DNA of 45,991 bases from an uncultured Peptococcaceae bacterium. Its GTDB lineage: Bacteria > Bacillota > Dehalobacteriia > UBA4068. The position numbers were made by a program, and so were the translations under genes. The notes below the pieces were generated by a model, which was not told the DNA's origin, made no database searches, and saw nothing but the letters and a program-made list of their open reading frames with translations. Each line of letters begins with the position of its first letter. Positions within the stretch are counted from its first letter, which is position 1. The stretch covers positions 1-45,991 of the forward strand of contig CAYRML010000001.1 in assembly GCA_964425485.1 (NCBI GenBank), in the 5' to 3' direction. Below, in pieces: positions 18,378-25,264 of this stretch.

Positions 18378-18415
18378 CTAAAAAGAGTTTTTTCGGAAAC
18401 TCTTTTTAGTTTTTA
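18377..18415 (+). terminator. Rho-independent terminator
   Basis: Perfect 14-bp stem ACTAAAAAGAGTTT / AAACTCTTTTTAGT, loop TTTCGG, then TTTT. Confidence 0.8.
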
Positions 18416-18557
18416 TCCATCTAATATATAATGGGTTTTTATTTATTTTTATATAGAGCAGAGAATCAACATGAGTATAAAGAAATCCACAAATACCCTT
18501 TTGAGTTTTAAATGTATTTTGAACAGCTTAAGCAACGGAACAAAAAAGGAGATATTT

Positions 18558-20123
18558 ATGAAAAAGATTTGCTTCCCCATATTGATAGCTATGTTTTTGA
18601 TTTTTGTTTGCAGTTTTACAGCAAGTGCGGAAACCACCTATTATACCAAATCGGCTCCTGTGACATACACCTTGATAGAACGTACTACTTTAGTCAATAA
18701 TGGCACTGTTGCGGCCAAAGATATCACCTTGTCTTTACCGTTGATGGATAGCTCCATGCCAGTTTATCAGGAATTGGTAAGCGAACAATTTACGCCTTAT
18801 CCCAATCGCATTGTCAGTGGCAATTATGGTGATAATGGTTCCAGAGATGCCATTTACCATATCGATTATTTGGCTGCCGGTAAAACAATAGTCTTGGAGC
18901 AGCGTTATACTATCACTTGCTACAGCCTCGATTATACCTATAAGGCCGCGGATGTTCCAGCGCAGTATTCTAAAAAACCTTTATATATTTATACAGAGCC
19001 GTCTTTATTTGTGGAATCCAATGAACAGGAAATTATTAATTTTGCGCAAAAAGTATTAGAGCAAGGGATAACCCCTTATCTGATTTCCAAAAATCTCTTT
19101 TCGCAAGTTAATCTTTATATGACCTATAAAGATGGCGCCAATGCCAACAAAGGCGCTTTGAATGCTGTTCGTACAGCAGAAGGCATCTGTGAGGATTATA
19201 CGGACCTTTATGTGGCCTCCTTACGTTCCTTGGGCATTTCCGCCCGACAGATGACAGGCTATTTATATATAGCAAATGATCCCAATCAACAGCAATATGT
19301 TGATGCTTATGGCAATGTGGATCTTTCGTATATCGGCCACTCCTGGGCGGAATTTTATCTGCCTACGGTGGAATGGGTCTTTGCTGATCCTACTTTTACT
19401 TATACAGTCAATATTGGGGGCAAAAATCAGAAATTTGTTGATTGGGATTTCTTTTCCAAGATCCCGGATGCGCGCAGATATATATTTTTGCGTGAAGGTT
19501 CCGCCTCTGAACCCCGCAGCTATTTCAATTCCACGGGTGGTTCTTTATCAGCTGATTATGCTGCCACTTTAGTTGCCGGCAATCAATCTTTGCCTTTTAC
19601 TGATTTGGTGGGCCATTGGTCAGAATCTGCGGTGATGTATCTTTATAATCAACCGGAATCGCTGGTCAAGGGTGTAGGCGATAACAAATATGGGGTTAAC
19701 ATACCCATAACGAGGGCCCAATTGGCTGTGTTTTTGCAGAGAGTGAAGAAGGCTCCGAAAGCGGATCTAACTTTCCCCGATGTCAGCTCCAATCACTGGG
19801 CGGCACAGGCTATTGCTGCGGCCAAGGAGCGGGGCTGGCTGGTCGGTTATGCTGACGGCACTTTTCGTCCCGACCAGCAACTTACGAGGGCGGAAATGGC
19901 TACAGTGCTGGTAAGATCATTCAACATCAAATCCGGCGATGCGGCAGTCAACTTTAAGGATTTGGGCCGGCCGGGATATGTTTGGGCCGATGCCAGCATT
20001 ATGATCTTGGCTTCCAATGGTTTGGCAGGTGGTGATGGCAATGGTAATTTTATGCCGCAAAAGAATGTTACCAGAGCTGAATTTGCCGTATTTTTAAGTA
20101 ATATCTTACAAAGCTTGAAATAA
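18558..20123 (+). CDS. Secreted transglutaminase-like protein with three C-terminal SLH domains
   Basis: Start is at the ATG 18558 after AAGGAG. Signal peptide MKKICFPILIAMFLIFVCSFTASA. Transglutaminase-core Cys-His-Asp elements are present (GICEDYTDLYVASLRSLGISAR ... GHSWAEFY ... ADPT). Three SLH repeats follow (FTDLVGHWSESAV..., FPDVSSNHWAAQAI..., FKDLGRPGYVWADASI...). Confidence 0.82.
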   Translation: MKKICFPILIAMFLIFVCSFTASAETTYYTKSAPVTYTLIERTTLVNNGTVAAKDITLSLPLMDSSMPVYQELVSEQFTPYPNRIVSGNYGDNGSRDAIYHIDYLAAGKTIVLEQRYTITCYSLDYTYKAADVPAQYSKKPLYIYTEPSLFVESNEQEIINFAQKVLEQGITPYLISKNLFSQVNLYMTYKDGANANKGALNAVRTAEGICEDYTDLYVASLRSLGISARQMTGYLYIANDPNQQQYVDAYGNVDLSYIGHSWAEFYLPTVEWVFADPTFTYTVNIGGKNQKFVDWDFFSKIPDARRYIFLREGSASEPRSYFNSTGGSLSADYAATLVAGNQSLPFTDLVGHWSESAVMYLYNQPESLVKGVGDNKYGVNIPITRAQLAVFLQRVKKAPKADLTFPDVSSNHWAAQAIAAAKERGWLVGYADGTFRPDQQLTRAEMATVLVRSFNIKSGDAAVNFKDLGRPGYVWADASIMILASNGLAGGDGNGNFMPQKNVTRAEFAVFLSNILQSLK

Positions 20124-20160
20124 AAGAAAGACCTTCCTTAAAGGGAGGTCTTTCTTATTA
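20124..20160. terminator. Bidirectional terminator hairpin
   Basis: 11-bp perfect stem AAGAAAGACCT / AGGTCTTTCTT plus 3 inner pairs. It is U-rich on both sides, AAATAAAA upstream and TTCTTATTA downstream. It sits between the convergent SLH gene (+) and the 41-aa ORF (-). Confidence 0.7.
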
Positions 20161-20179
20161 TCATTTTGAGCTTTAATAT

Positions 20180-20305
20180 TTATTTTTCATTGCCGTCAAC
20201 AAACTCTTTCTCACTTATGACCTGGGCAAAATTTTCCTGAAAAACATCATCCAGCTCTTCGGGAGGGATATTTTCCGTATATTGATTTTTCTTCTTTTTC
20301 GCCAT
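20180..20305 (-). CDS. Candidate small charged protein (41 aa), absent from the ORF track
   Basis: Minus-strand translation gives MAKKKKNQYTENIPPEELDDVFQENFAQVISEKEFVDGNEK. ATG at 20305-20303 is preceded by AAAAGGAGTG with about 8 nt spacing. The ORF ends about 20 nt before the bidirectional terminator. Confidence 0.45.
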   Translation of the reverse strand: MAKKKKNQYTENIPPEELDDVFQENFAQVISEKEFVDGNEK

Positions 20306-20376
20306 TTTTAACACTCCTTTTCTATGGTTTTATGTTTATTTTAAACAGACATGATTTGAAATATAAGAGGCATATT

Positions 20377-20404
20377 TTTACATGTTTATGACATAAAATA
20401 TAAA
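20377..20404 (+). promoter_or_regulatory. Candidate promoter for trmK
   Basis: -35 TTTACA (20377-20382), 16-nt spacer, -10 TATAAA (20399-20404). Confidence 0.35.
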
Positions 20405-20468
20405 GGAAAAAAGCATTTATATGCGAATATTATAAATATGTAAAAAGATTATTAAGAAGGGGAACAGT

Positions 20469-21164
20469 ATGCAAATAGAGCTCAGTCATCGTTTAGATAA
20501 AGTTGCAGGTATGGTCATTCCGGGCAAAGTTGCTGCCGATATCGGGGCCGATCATGCTTATTTATCTGTATATTTGGTGATCAACAAAATCTGTCCCCGT
20601 GTTATTGCTACAGACCGTGTCAGGGGACCTTTGCTTTCAGCTATGCAGTTGGTGGAATTGCTTTCTCTTGACAAATATATTGATATCCGTTTGGGCGAAG
20701 GACTGGAAGTTTTAGAACCGGGAGAAGCCGCCACTATTTGTATCGCAGGTATGGGTGGTTCTACTATCCGTTCTATTTTGCATGCTTCTGCCGATGTGGT
20801 GGCGCAAACGCAAAGGCTGGTTTTACAGCCTCAGCGTAATATTTCCGATCTGCGCTATTATCTGGCCGAAAATGGCTGGCAGATTATTTCCGAAGAAATT
20901 GTCATGGACAGCGGCTTCTATTATCAGATCATGGCCGCCGAAAAAGGGCAGATGACGCTGACGGAAGAAGAGGCGGAATTCGGGCCTTTGTTGCTTGCAC
21001 AAAAACACCCACTTTTGTCTTCCTATCTCAAGCTGCGCATTGCCGATCACAACACCTTGATAGAACGATTGCGCTCTTTAGAAGGGGCAGATATACAAGC
21101 CAGGATAGAGGAATTATCGCAAAGAGTGATGGTTATGGAAAAAATATTGGCAGATTATAATTAA
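20469..21164 (+). CDS. trmK: tRNA (adenine22-N1)-methyltransferase TrmK family
   Basis: 231 aa, LSHRLDKVAGMVIPGKVAADIGADHAYLSVYLV...IATD...IAGMGG, matching the YqfN/TrmK (DUF633) pattern. Confidence 0.8.
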   Translation: MQIELSHRLDKVAGMVIPGKVAADIGADHAYLSVYLVINKICPRVIATDRVRGPLLSAMQLVELLSLDKYIDIRLGEGLEVLEPGEAATICIAGMGGSTIRSILHASADVVAQTQRLVLQPQRNISDLRYYLAENGWQIISEEIVMDSGFYYQIMAAEKGQMTLTEEEAEFGPLLLAQKHPLLSSYLKLRIADHNTLIERLRSLEGADIQARIEELSQRVMVMEKILADYN

Positions 21165-21194
21165 AAAAGGAGCCTCTTGCAGGCTCTTTTTTTT
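21165..21194 (+). terminator. Rho-independent terminator after trmK
   Basis: GAGCCT / AGGCTC stem with loop CTTGC, flanked by an A-run and followed by T8. Confidence 0.75.
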
Positions 21195-21213
21195 ATCAAT
21201 AAACTATAAACAT

Positions 21214-21242
21214 TGCACAAACTCTATATTGGTGATATAATA
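21214..21242 (+). promoter_or_regulatory. Promoter of rnpB
   Basis: -35 TTGCAC (21214-21219), 17-nt spacer, consensus -10 TATAAT (21237-21242). It lies about 13 nt upstream of the RNase P RNA P1 stem. Confidence 0.75.
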
Positions 21243-21255
21243 CTAAATTGACGAG

Positions 21256-21619
21256 ATTTATCCGAGTAAGACGAATGAACGCAGGCAGAGCACCGAAAGG
21301 TCCTGTCTGAGGAAAGTCCGGGCTCCATAGAGCAGGGTGCTGGCTAACGGCCAGTGAGGGTGACCTTAAGGATAGTGCCACAGAAATGCAGACCGCCTCC
21401 GCTAGCGGGGGTAAGGATGGAACGGTGCGGTAAGAGCGCACCAGCGATCAGGTGACTGATCGGCTAGGTAAACCCCACTTGGAGCAAGACCGAAAAGGAA
21501 AATATCAGGGCTGCTCGTCCTTTTTTCCGGGTTAGGTTGCTAAAGGCCTCTGGCAACAGATGTCTTAGATAGATGTTCATTGATGACAGAACTCGGCTTA
21601 CAGACTTGCTCGGATAAAT
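21256..21619 (+). ncRNA. rnpB: RNase P RNA (bacterial type A)
   Basis: Universal P4 strands GAGGAAAGTCCGGGCTCCA and ACAGAACTCGGCTTACAG are present. There is a collinear match to the E. coli type-A core (GGTGCGGTAAGAGCGCACC, GGTAAACCCCACTTGGAGCAAGACC). The P1 helix is ATTTATCCGAGTAAG / CTTGCTCGGATAAAT. Confidence 0.95.
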
Positions 21620-21657
21620 ATCGACGTTTATCTTAATGATATGCTTAAGGAGGAAAT

Positions 21658-22062
21658 ATGATGCAGGAGCTGCAGAAATTGCATGAAAAAATGAGAGAAT
21701 ATATCAAGATGAAAGAGGATTTACCTTTCCCTGAATTCTCCCAATATTATCAGGATGTTATGGCTTGTCTGCAAAAAGATTATCAGGATTTTAATACCGA
21801 TGATTTGATCAATGCCAAAGGCATTTGCTCTATCATCTATGCCAATGCTCAGGCCAGAGCATTAAATAAAGATGCTAATCGCAAAAAATTCCTCAAAATA
21901 GCGGAAAAAAGTAATTTTTGGCAAAATGCCATCAAAACCAGGTTGTTGAAAGAGGGCTTATCCGAGCAGGAGATTATCAGCCGTGAAGAAGCTCTGTGGC
22001 CCGATGATGAACCGGTTGAGGAAAATAGAGAAGACAATATGCAGGAAAAAACTCAAGAGTAG
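21658..22062 (+). CDS. Hypothetical protein (134 aa, helical, acidic C-terminus)
   Basis: Strong SD AAGGAGG 6 nt before ATGATG. MMQELQKLHEKMREYIKMKEDLPFPEFSQYYQDVMACLQKDYQ... No recognisable family. Confidence 0.7.
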   Translation: MMQELQKLHEKMREYIKMKEDLPFPEFSQYYQDVMACLQKDYQDFNTDDLINAKGICSIIYANAQARALNKDANRKKFLKIAEKSNFWQNAIKTRLLKEGLSEQEIISREEALWPDDEPVEENREDNMQEKTQE

Positions 22063-22083
22063 AGCATAAAGGGGGTTTTGGCT

Positions 22084-22716
22084 TTGCGACTGCGCAGACA
22101 GCCACAGGCCAAAGATTTTATCAAAAAAAGTGAGCTGTTGCTGGCAAATCCGCAATCCTTGCGCGGCCATTGGCGTTCCGTTTTCGCCTCCGGTCCGCTT
22201 GATTTAGAGATAGGGATGGGCAAAGGGATTTTTATCAGCAATTGTGCTCTCTATTATCCGGAGCGTAATTTTGTAGGATTGGAACTGCGGGAAGAGATGC
22301 TGATGGCGGCTATCCGCCGTTTTGAGGGGCAAAAACCGGCAAATTTGCGATTTTTATGGCTCAATGCTCTTTTGCTGCCGGAAATTTTCGCCGAGGGAGA
22401 AATAGATACTATATACCTCAATTTTTCCGATCCTTGGCCCAAGAAAAGGCATGCTAAGAGGCGACTGACTCATCAGTCATTTTTACATATTTACGCTCAA
22501 ATTTTGCGACCGCAGGGTCAGCTTTTTTTCAAGACCGATAATCGGGATTTTTATTTTTGGTCGCTGGATAGTTTTAAAGAAAATAATTGGCTTATACTGG
22601 AACAAAGCGAAAATCTGCCACCGGCGGCATCAGGTCTGATGACGGAATACGAGCAAAAGTTTCGCTTATTGGGTCAACCAATATATTATTGCCATTTACA
22701 AAAACCTGATCGATAA
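22084..22716 (+). CDS. trmB: tRNA (guanine46-N7)-methyltransferase
   Basis: LEIGMGKGIFI...LNFSDPWPKKRHAKRRLT...TEYEQKFRLLGQPIY. Start was moved to the TTG at 22084, giving MRLRRQPQAKDF (compare Bacillus MRMRHKPWA), 8 nt after GGGGG. Confidence 0.9.
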   Translation: MRLRRQPQAKDFIKKSELLLANPQSLRGHWRSVFASGPLDLEIGMGKGIFISNCALYYPERNFVGLELREEMLMAAIRRFEGQKPANLRFLWLNALLLPEIFAEGEIDTIYLNFSDPWPKKRHAKRRLTHQSFLHIYAQILRPQGQLFFKTDNRDFYFWSLDSFKENNWLILEQSENLPPAASGLMTEYEQKFRLLGQPIYYCHLQKPDR

Positions 22717-22743
22717 ATTAAATACCGTATGAGGAGGGATATT

Positions 22744-24225
22744 ATGAAATATATCAGTACCAGGAGCAAAAGCCAACCGATCAGCGCCGCGGAGGCGATT
22801 TGTTTGGGCATTGCCCCGGACGGCGGTTTATTCGTGCCGCAATCATTTCCCCAATATATGCCCGATAAGATCGCGGATATGACTTATCGCCAGCTGGCGG
22901 AACAGATTTGCGCACTTTATTTGGAGGATTACAGTGCGCAAGAGATCGCGGAAATGGTGGATGCCGCCTATTACAGCGGTAATTTTGACGCGTCTATTGC
23001 GCCTACGGTAACTGTTGGTGATAAAGAAGTACTGGAATTATGGCATGGGCCGACTGCCGCTTTCAAGGATATGGCTTTGCAGATTATGCCGCGTTTTTTG
23101 GCCGCGGCCGTGAAAAAGATCGGCGCAGATAAAGAAATCGTAATTCTGGTGGCAACCTCTGGTGATACGGGCAAAGCAGCTTTGGAAGGGTTTAAGGATG
23201 TGCCGGGAGTAAAGATAATTGTCTTTTATCCAGCCGGCGGCGTCAGTCGCATCCAGGAGCTGCAAATGATAACGACCACGGGTAATAATACTTATGTGGT
23301 GGGTGTAGAAGGCAACTTTGATCATTGCCAGACAGCGGTCAAAGAAATTTTTGCCGATCATGATTTTGCGGCCAAAATGGACGCAGCCGCCAAACAATTT
23401 TCTTCTGCCAACTCTATCAACTGGGGTCGTTTGCTGCCGCAGATAGTCTATTATTATTATGCCTATGCGCAGATGGCTGCCAAATGCCGTATTAAGCCGG
23501 GCGATAAGATCAATGCCGTAGTGCCCACGGGCAATTTTGGCGATATTTTGGCTGCTTACTATGCTAAAAAAATGGGCCTGCCCCTTGATAAACTAATTTG
23601 TGCTTCCAACGAGAATAAGGTTCTGACGGATGTTATCAATGAGGGCGTATATGATCGGGAGCGACCTTTTTATAAAACCGACAGCCCTTCCATGGATATT
23701 TTAGTCTCCAGCAATTTTGAGCGTTTTATTTTTGATATTCTTGATCAGGATGCGGAAAAAACGGCTCAATATTTTCGTCAGCTGAAAGAAAAAGGTAACT
23801 TCACATTGGCAGCAGAGACAGTTAATAAATGGAAAGAATTCCTGGTGGCCGATTATGCAGACCAAAAAGAGGCCTCACAGGCTATCACAGATGTTTTTGC
23901 AAAGTATGAATACTTGATCGATCCCCATACCTCGGTAGCTTATGCTGTGGCAGAAAAATATCAAAAAGCCAGTGGGGATCAAACTCCGTTACTGGTAGTT
24001 TCTACGGCCAGTGCCTATAAATTCCCGGCTGCTGTTTTGCGGGCTTTGGGTCAGGATATAGAAGGCTTATCCGAAAATGATCTACCGGCTTTGCTGGCCC
24101 AAGTTTCCCATGGCACGGTACATCCGGCCTTGTTGGATGTGGATAAGAAAGAAATACGCCATCATCGTTGTATCAAGAAAGAGAATATTGCAGCTACTGT
24201 TGCGGATATTTTGGGATTGCAATAA
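22744..24225 (+). CDS. thrC: Threonine synthase (long form)
   Basis: MKYISTRS...LELWHGPTAAFKDMALQ (PLP lysine)...ATSGDTGKAA...NSINWGRL. ATG at 22744 is 6 nt after GGAGG. Confidence 0.92.
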   Translation: MKYISTRSKSQPISAAEAICLGIAPDGGLFVPQSFPQYMPDKIADMTYRQLAEQICALYLEDYSAQEIAEMVDAAYYSGNFDASIAPTVTVGDKEVLELWHGPTAAFKDMALQIMPRFLAAAVKKIGADKEIVILVATSGDTGKAALEGFKDVPGVKIIVFYPAGGVSRIQELQMITTTGNNTYVVGVEGNFDHCQTAVKEIFADHDFAAKMDAAAKQFSSANSINWGRLLPQIVYYYYAYAQMAAKCRIKPGDKINAVVPTGNFGDILAAYYAKKMGLPLDKLICASNENKVLTDVINEGVYDRERPFYKTDSPSMDILVSSNFERFIFDILDQDAEKTAQYFRQLKEKGNFTLAAETVNKWKEFLVADYADQKEASQAITDVFAKYEYLIDPHTSVAYAVAEKYQKASGDQTPLLVVSTASAYKFPAAVLRALGQDIEGLSENDLPALLAQVSHGTVHPALLDVDKKEIRHHRCIKKENIAATVADILGLQ

Positions 24226-24273
24226 CAAAATAAAAAAACAGCTCTTTTTTAAGAGCTGTTTTTTTATTTTGTT
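24224..24273. terminator. Bidirectional terminator (23-bp perfect inverted repeat)
   Basis: AACAAAATAAAAAAACAGCTCTT tttt AAGAGCTGTTTTTTTATTTTGTT. It lies between convergent thrC (+) and the zinc-ribbon gene (-). Confidence 0.85.
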
Positions 24274-24275
24274 CT

Positions 24276-24566
24276 CTAATAAGATTGACGTGTTTTTTCA
24301 TAGCAGTCGCGGCAGTATACCGGACGGTCTTCTGTGGGACGGAAAGGAACTTGAGTTTCCACACCACAGCCTGCGCAGGTAACAGTGAACATTTGACGTT
24401 CGCCACGTGTATTGTTGCGTTGACGTTTGCGGGTTGCGCGGCATTCTGGGCAACGAGCGGGATCGTTTTGAAAGCCTTTTTCTGCATAAAATTCCTGCTC
24501 AGAAGCAGAGAAAGTGAATTCAACGCCGCAGTCTTTACAGGTTAGAGTTCTATCCTCAAAAGTCAT
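24276..24566 (-). CDS. Double zinc-ribbon protein (two CxxC...CxxC units)
   Basis: 96 aa, MTFEDRTLTCKDCGVEFTFSASEQEFYAEKGFQNDPARCPECRATRK...VTCAGCGVETQVPFRPTEDRPVYCRDCY. This resembles the widespread small 'zinc-ribbon domain-containing protein' family. SD is AAGGAGG. Confidence 0.85.
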   Translation of the reverse strand: MTFEDRTLTCKDCGVEFTFSASEQEFYAEKGFQNDPARCPECRATRKRQRNNTRGERQMFTVTCAGCGVETQVPFRPTEDRPVYCRDCYEKTRQSY

Positions 24567-24571
24567 GATTG

Positions 24572-24635
24572 GTCCTCCTTCTTTGGATTTCCTAATTTTT
24601 ACACCCGCAATCCAAAGCTATGGTCCAAGGAGGAC
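24572..24635 (-). promoter_or_regulatory. SD-sequestering stem-loop in the zinc-ribbon gene 5' UTR
   Basis: In the mRNA sense: GUCCUCCUU-(ggaccauag)-CUUUGGAUU-loop(19 nt)-AAUCCAAAG-AAGGAGGAC-caauc-AUG. That is two perfect 9-bp helices. The outer one pairs an anti-SD with the SD. Confidence 0.55.
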
Positions 24636-24673
24636 TATGGGGACGCTGGTTGAATAACAATTAGGCTATAATG

Positions 24674-24702
24674 ATTATACAGTCCTTTGTGATAAAATGC
24701 AA
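24674..24702 (-). promoter_or_regulatory. Promoter of the zinc-ribbon gene
   Basis: On the minus strand: -35 TTGCAT (24702-24697), 17-nt spacer, consensus -10 TATAAT (24679-24674). This predicts a ~100-nt 5' UTR containing the hairpin. Confidence 0.7.
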
Positions 24703-24798
24703 GAATTATTTGGCAAAATACAAATATCTTGGATCTTTATTAGGCAATCAGCCCGCCAAAAAAGTCAAGAAAAATATTTTTTATTTTTTCACAATTTA

Positions 24799-24827
24799 TT
24801 GTAAAGATTGAGGTAATATGTTATAAT
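24799..24827 (+). promoter_or_regulatory. Promoter of the csp gene
   Basis: -35 TTGTAA (24799-24804), 17-nt spacer, extended -10 TGTTATAAT (24819-24827). Confidence 0.7.
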
Positions 24828-24860
24828 AAACAGGCAATTTATTTTTTTAGGAGGTACCAC

Positions 24861-25058
24861 ATGGAAGGCAAAGTAAAATGGTTCAATGCGGAAAAAGGTT
24901 TTGGTTTTATCGAAAGAGATGGAGGGGAAGATGTTTTCGTTCATTTTTCCGCTATCCAGTCTGACGGTTTCAAAACCCTCGACGAAGGTCAATCGGTTCA
25001 GTTTGACGTCGTAGATGGTCCCCGCGGTCCGCAAGCTGCTAACGTATGCAAACTGTAA
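24861..25058 (+). CDS. csp: Cold-shock protein (CspA family)
   Basis: 65 aa, [33 protein letters not shown], containing the RNP1 and RNP2 motifs. Confidence 0.96.
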   Translation: MEGKVKWFNAEKGFGFIERDGGEDVFVHFSAIQSDGFKTLDEGQSVQFDVVDGPRGPQAANVCKL

Positions 25059-25126
25059 GAATTGTCTTTGTCAGTGCATGCCATGATGCCAAAGATAGAT
25101 AATGTTTTATTTTTTTTTGGTACCAC

Positions 25127-25157
25127 AAAAGAGCTCACAATTGTGAGCTCTTTTTTA
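25127..25157 (+). terminator. Rho-independent terminator after csp
   Basis: AAAAGAGCTCACAA / TTGTGAGCTCTTTT perfect palindrome followed by a T-run. Confidence 0.8.
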
Positions 25158-25206
25158 TAGTGTTCTTTGTCCCTAGTGTATGGTTGTATATATTTGATAA
25201 TAATTA

Positions 25207-25235
25207 TTAATATATGAATTTGATTATGGTATAAT
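25207..25235 (+). promoter_or_regulatory. Candidate promoter for uvrB
   Basis: Extended -10 TGGTATAAT (25227-25235) with a weak -35 TTAATA at 17-nt spacing. Confidence 0.4.
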
Positions 25236-25264
25236 AAAAATAAAGGACAAAAGGGGGTATCACA

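Noticed and set aside
21196-21441. 81-aa minus-strand ORF
   Set aside because: It overlaps the rnpB promoter and the 5' half of the RNase P RNA. The region is fully explained by the ncRNA.
25059-25120. Possible additional terminator directly after csp (TCTTTG...CAAAGA followed by a T-run)
   Set aside because: The pairing is short and interrupted, and the T-run is 12 nt away from the stem. The clear terminator at 25127-25157 suffices.
25158-25264. LexA (Cheo-box, CGAAC-N4-GTTCG) operator upstream of uvrB, and a half-site AGAACATAC before uvrA (27233-27241)
   Set aside because: There is no complete GAAC-N4-GTTC dyad in either region, only isolated half-sites. SOS regulation cannot be supported from the sequence.
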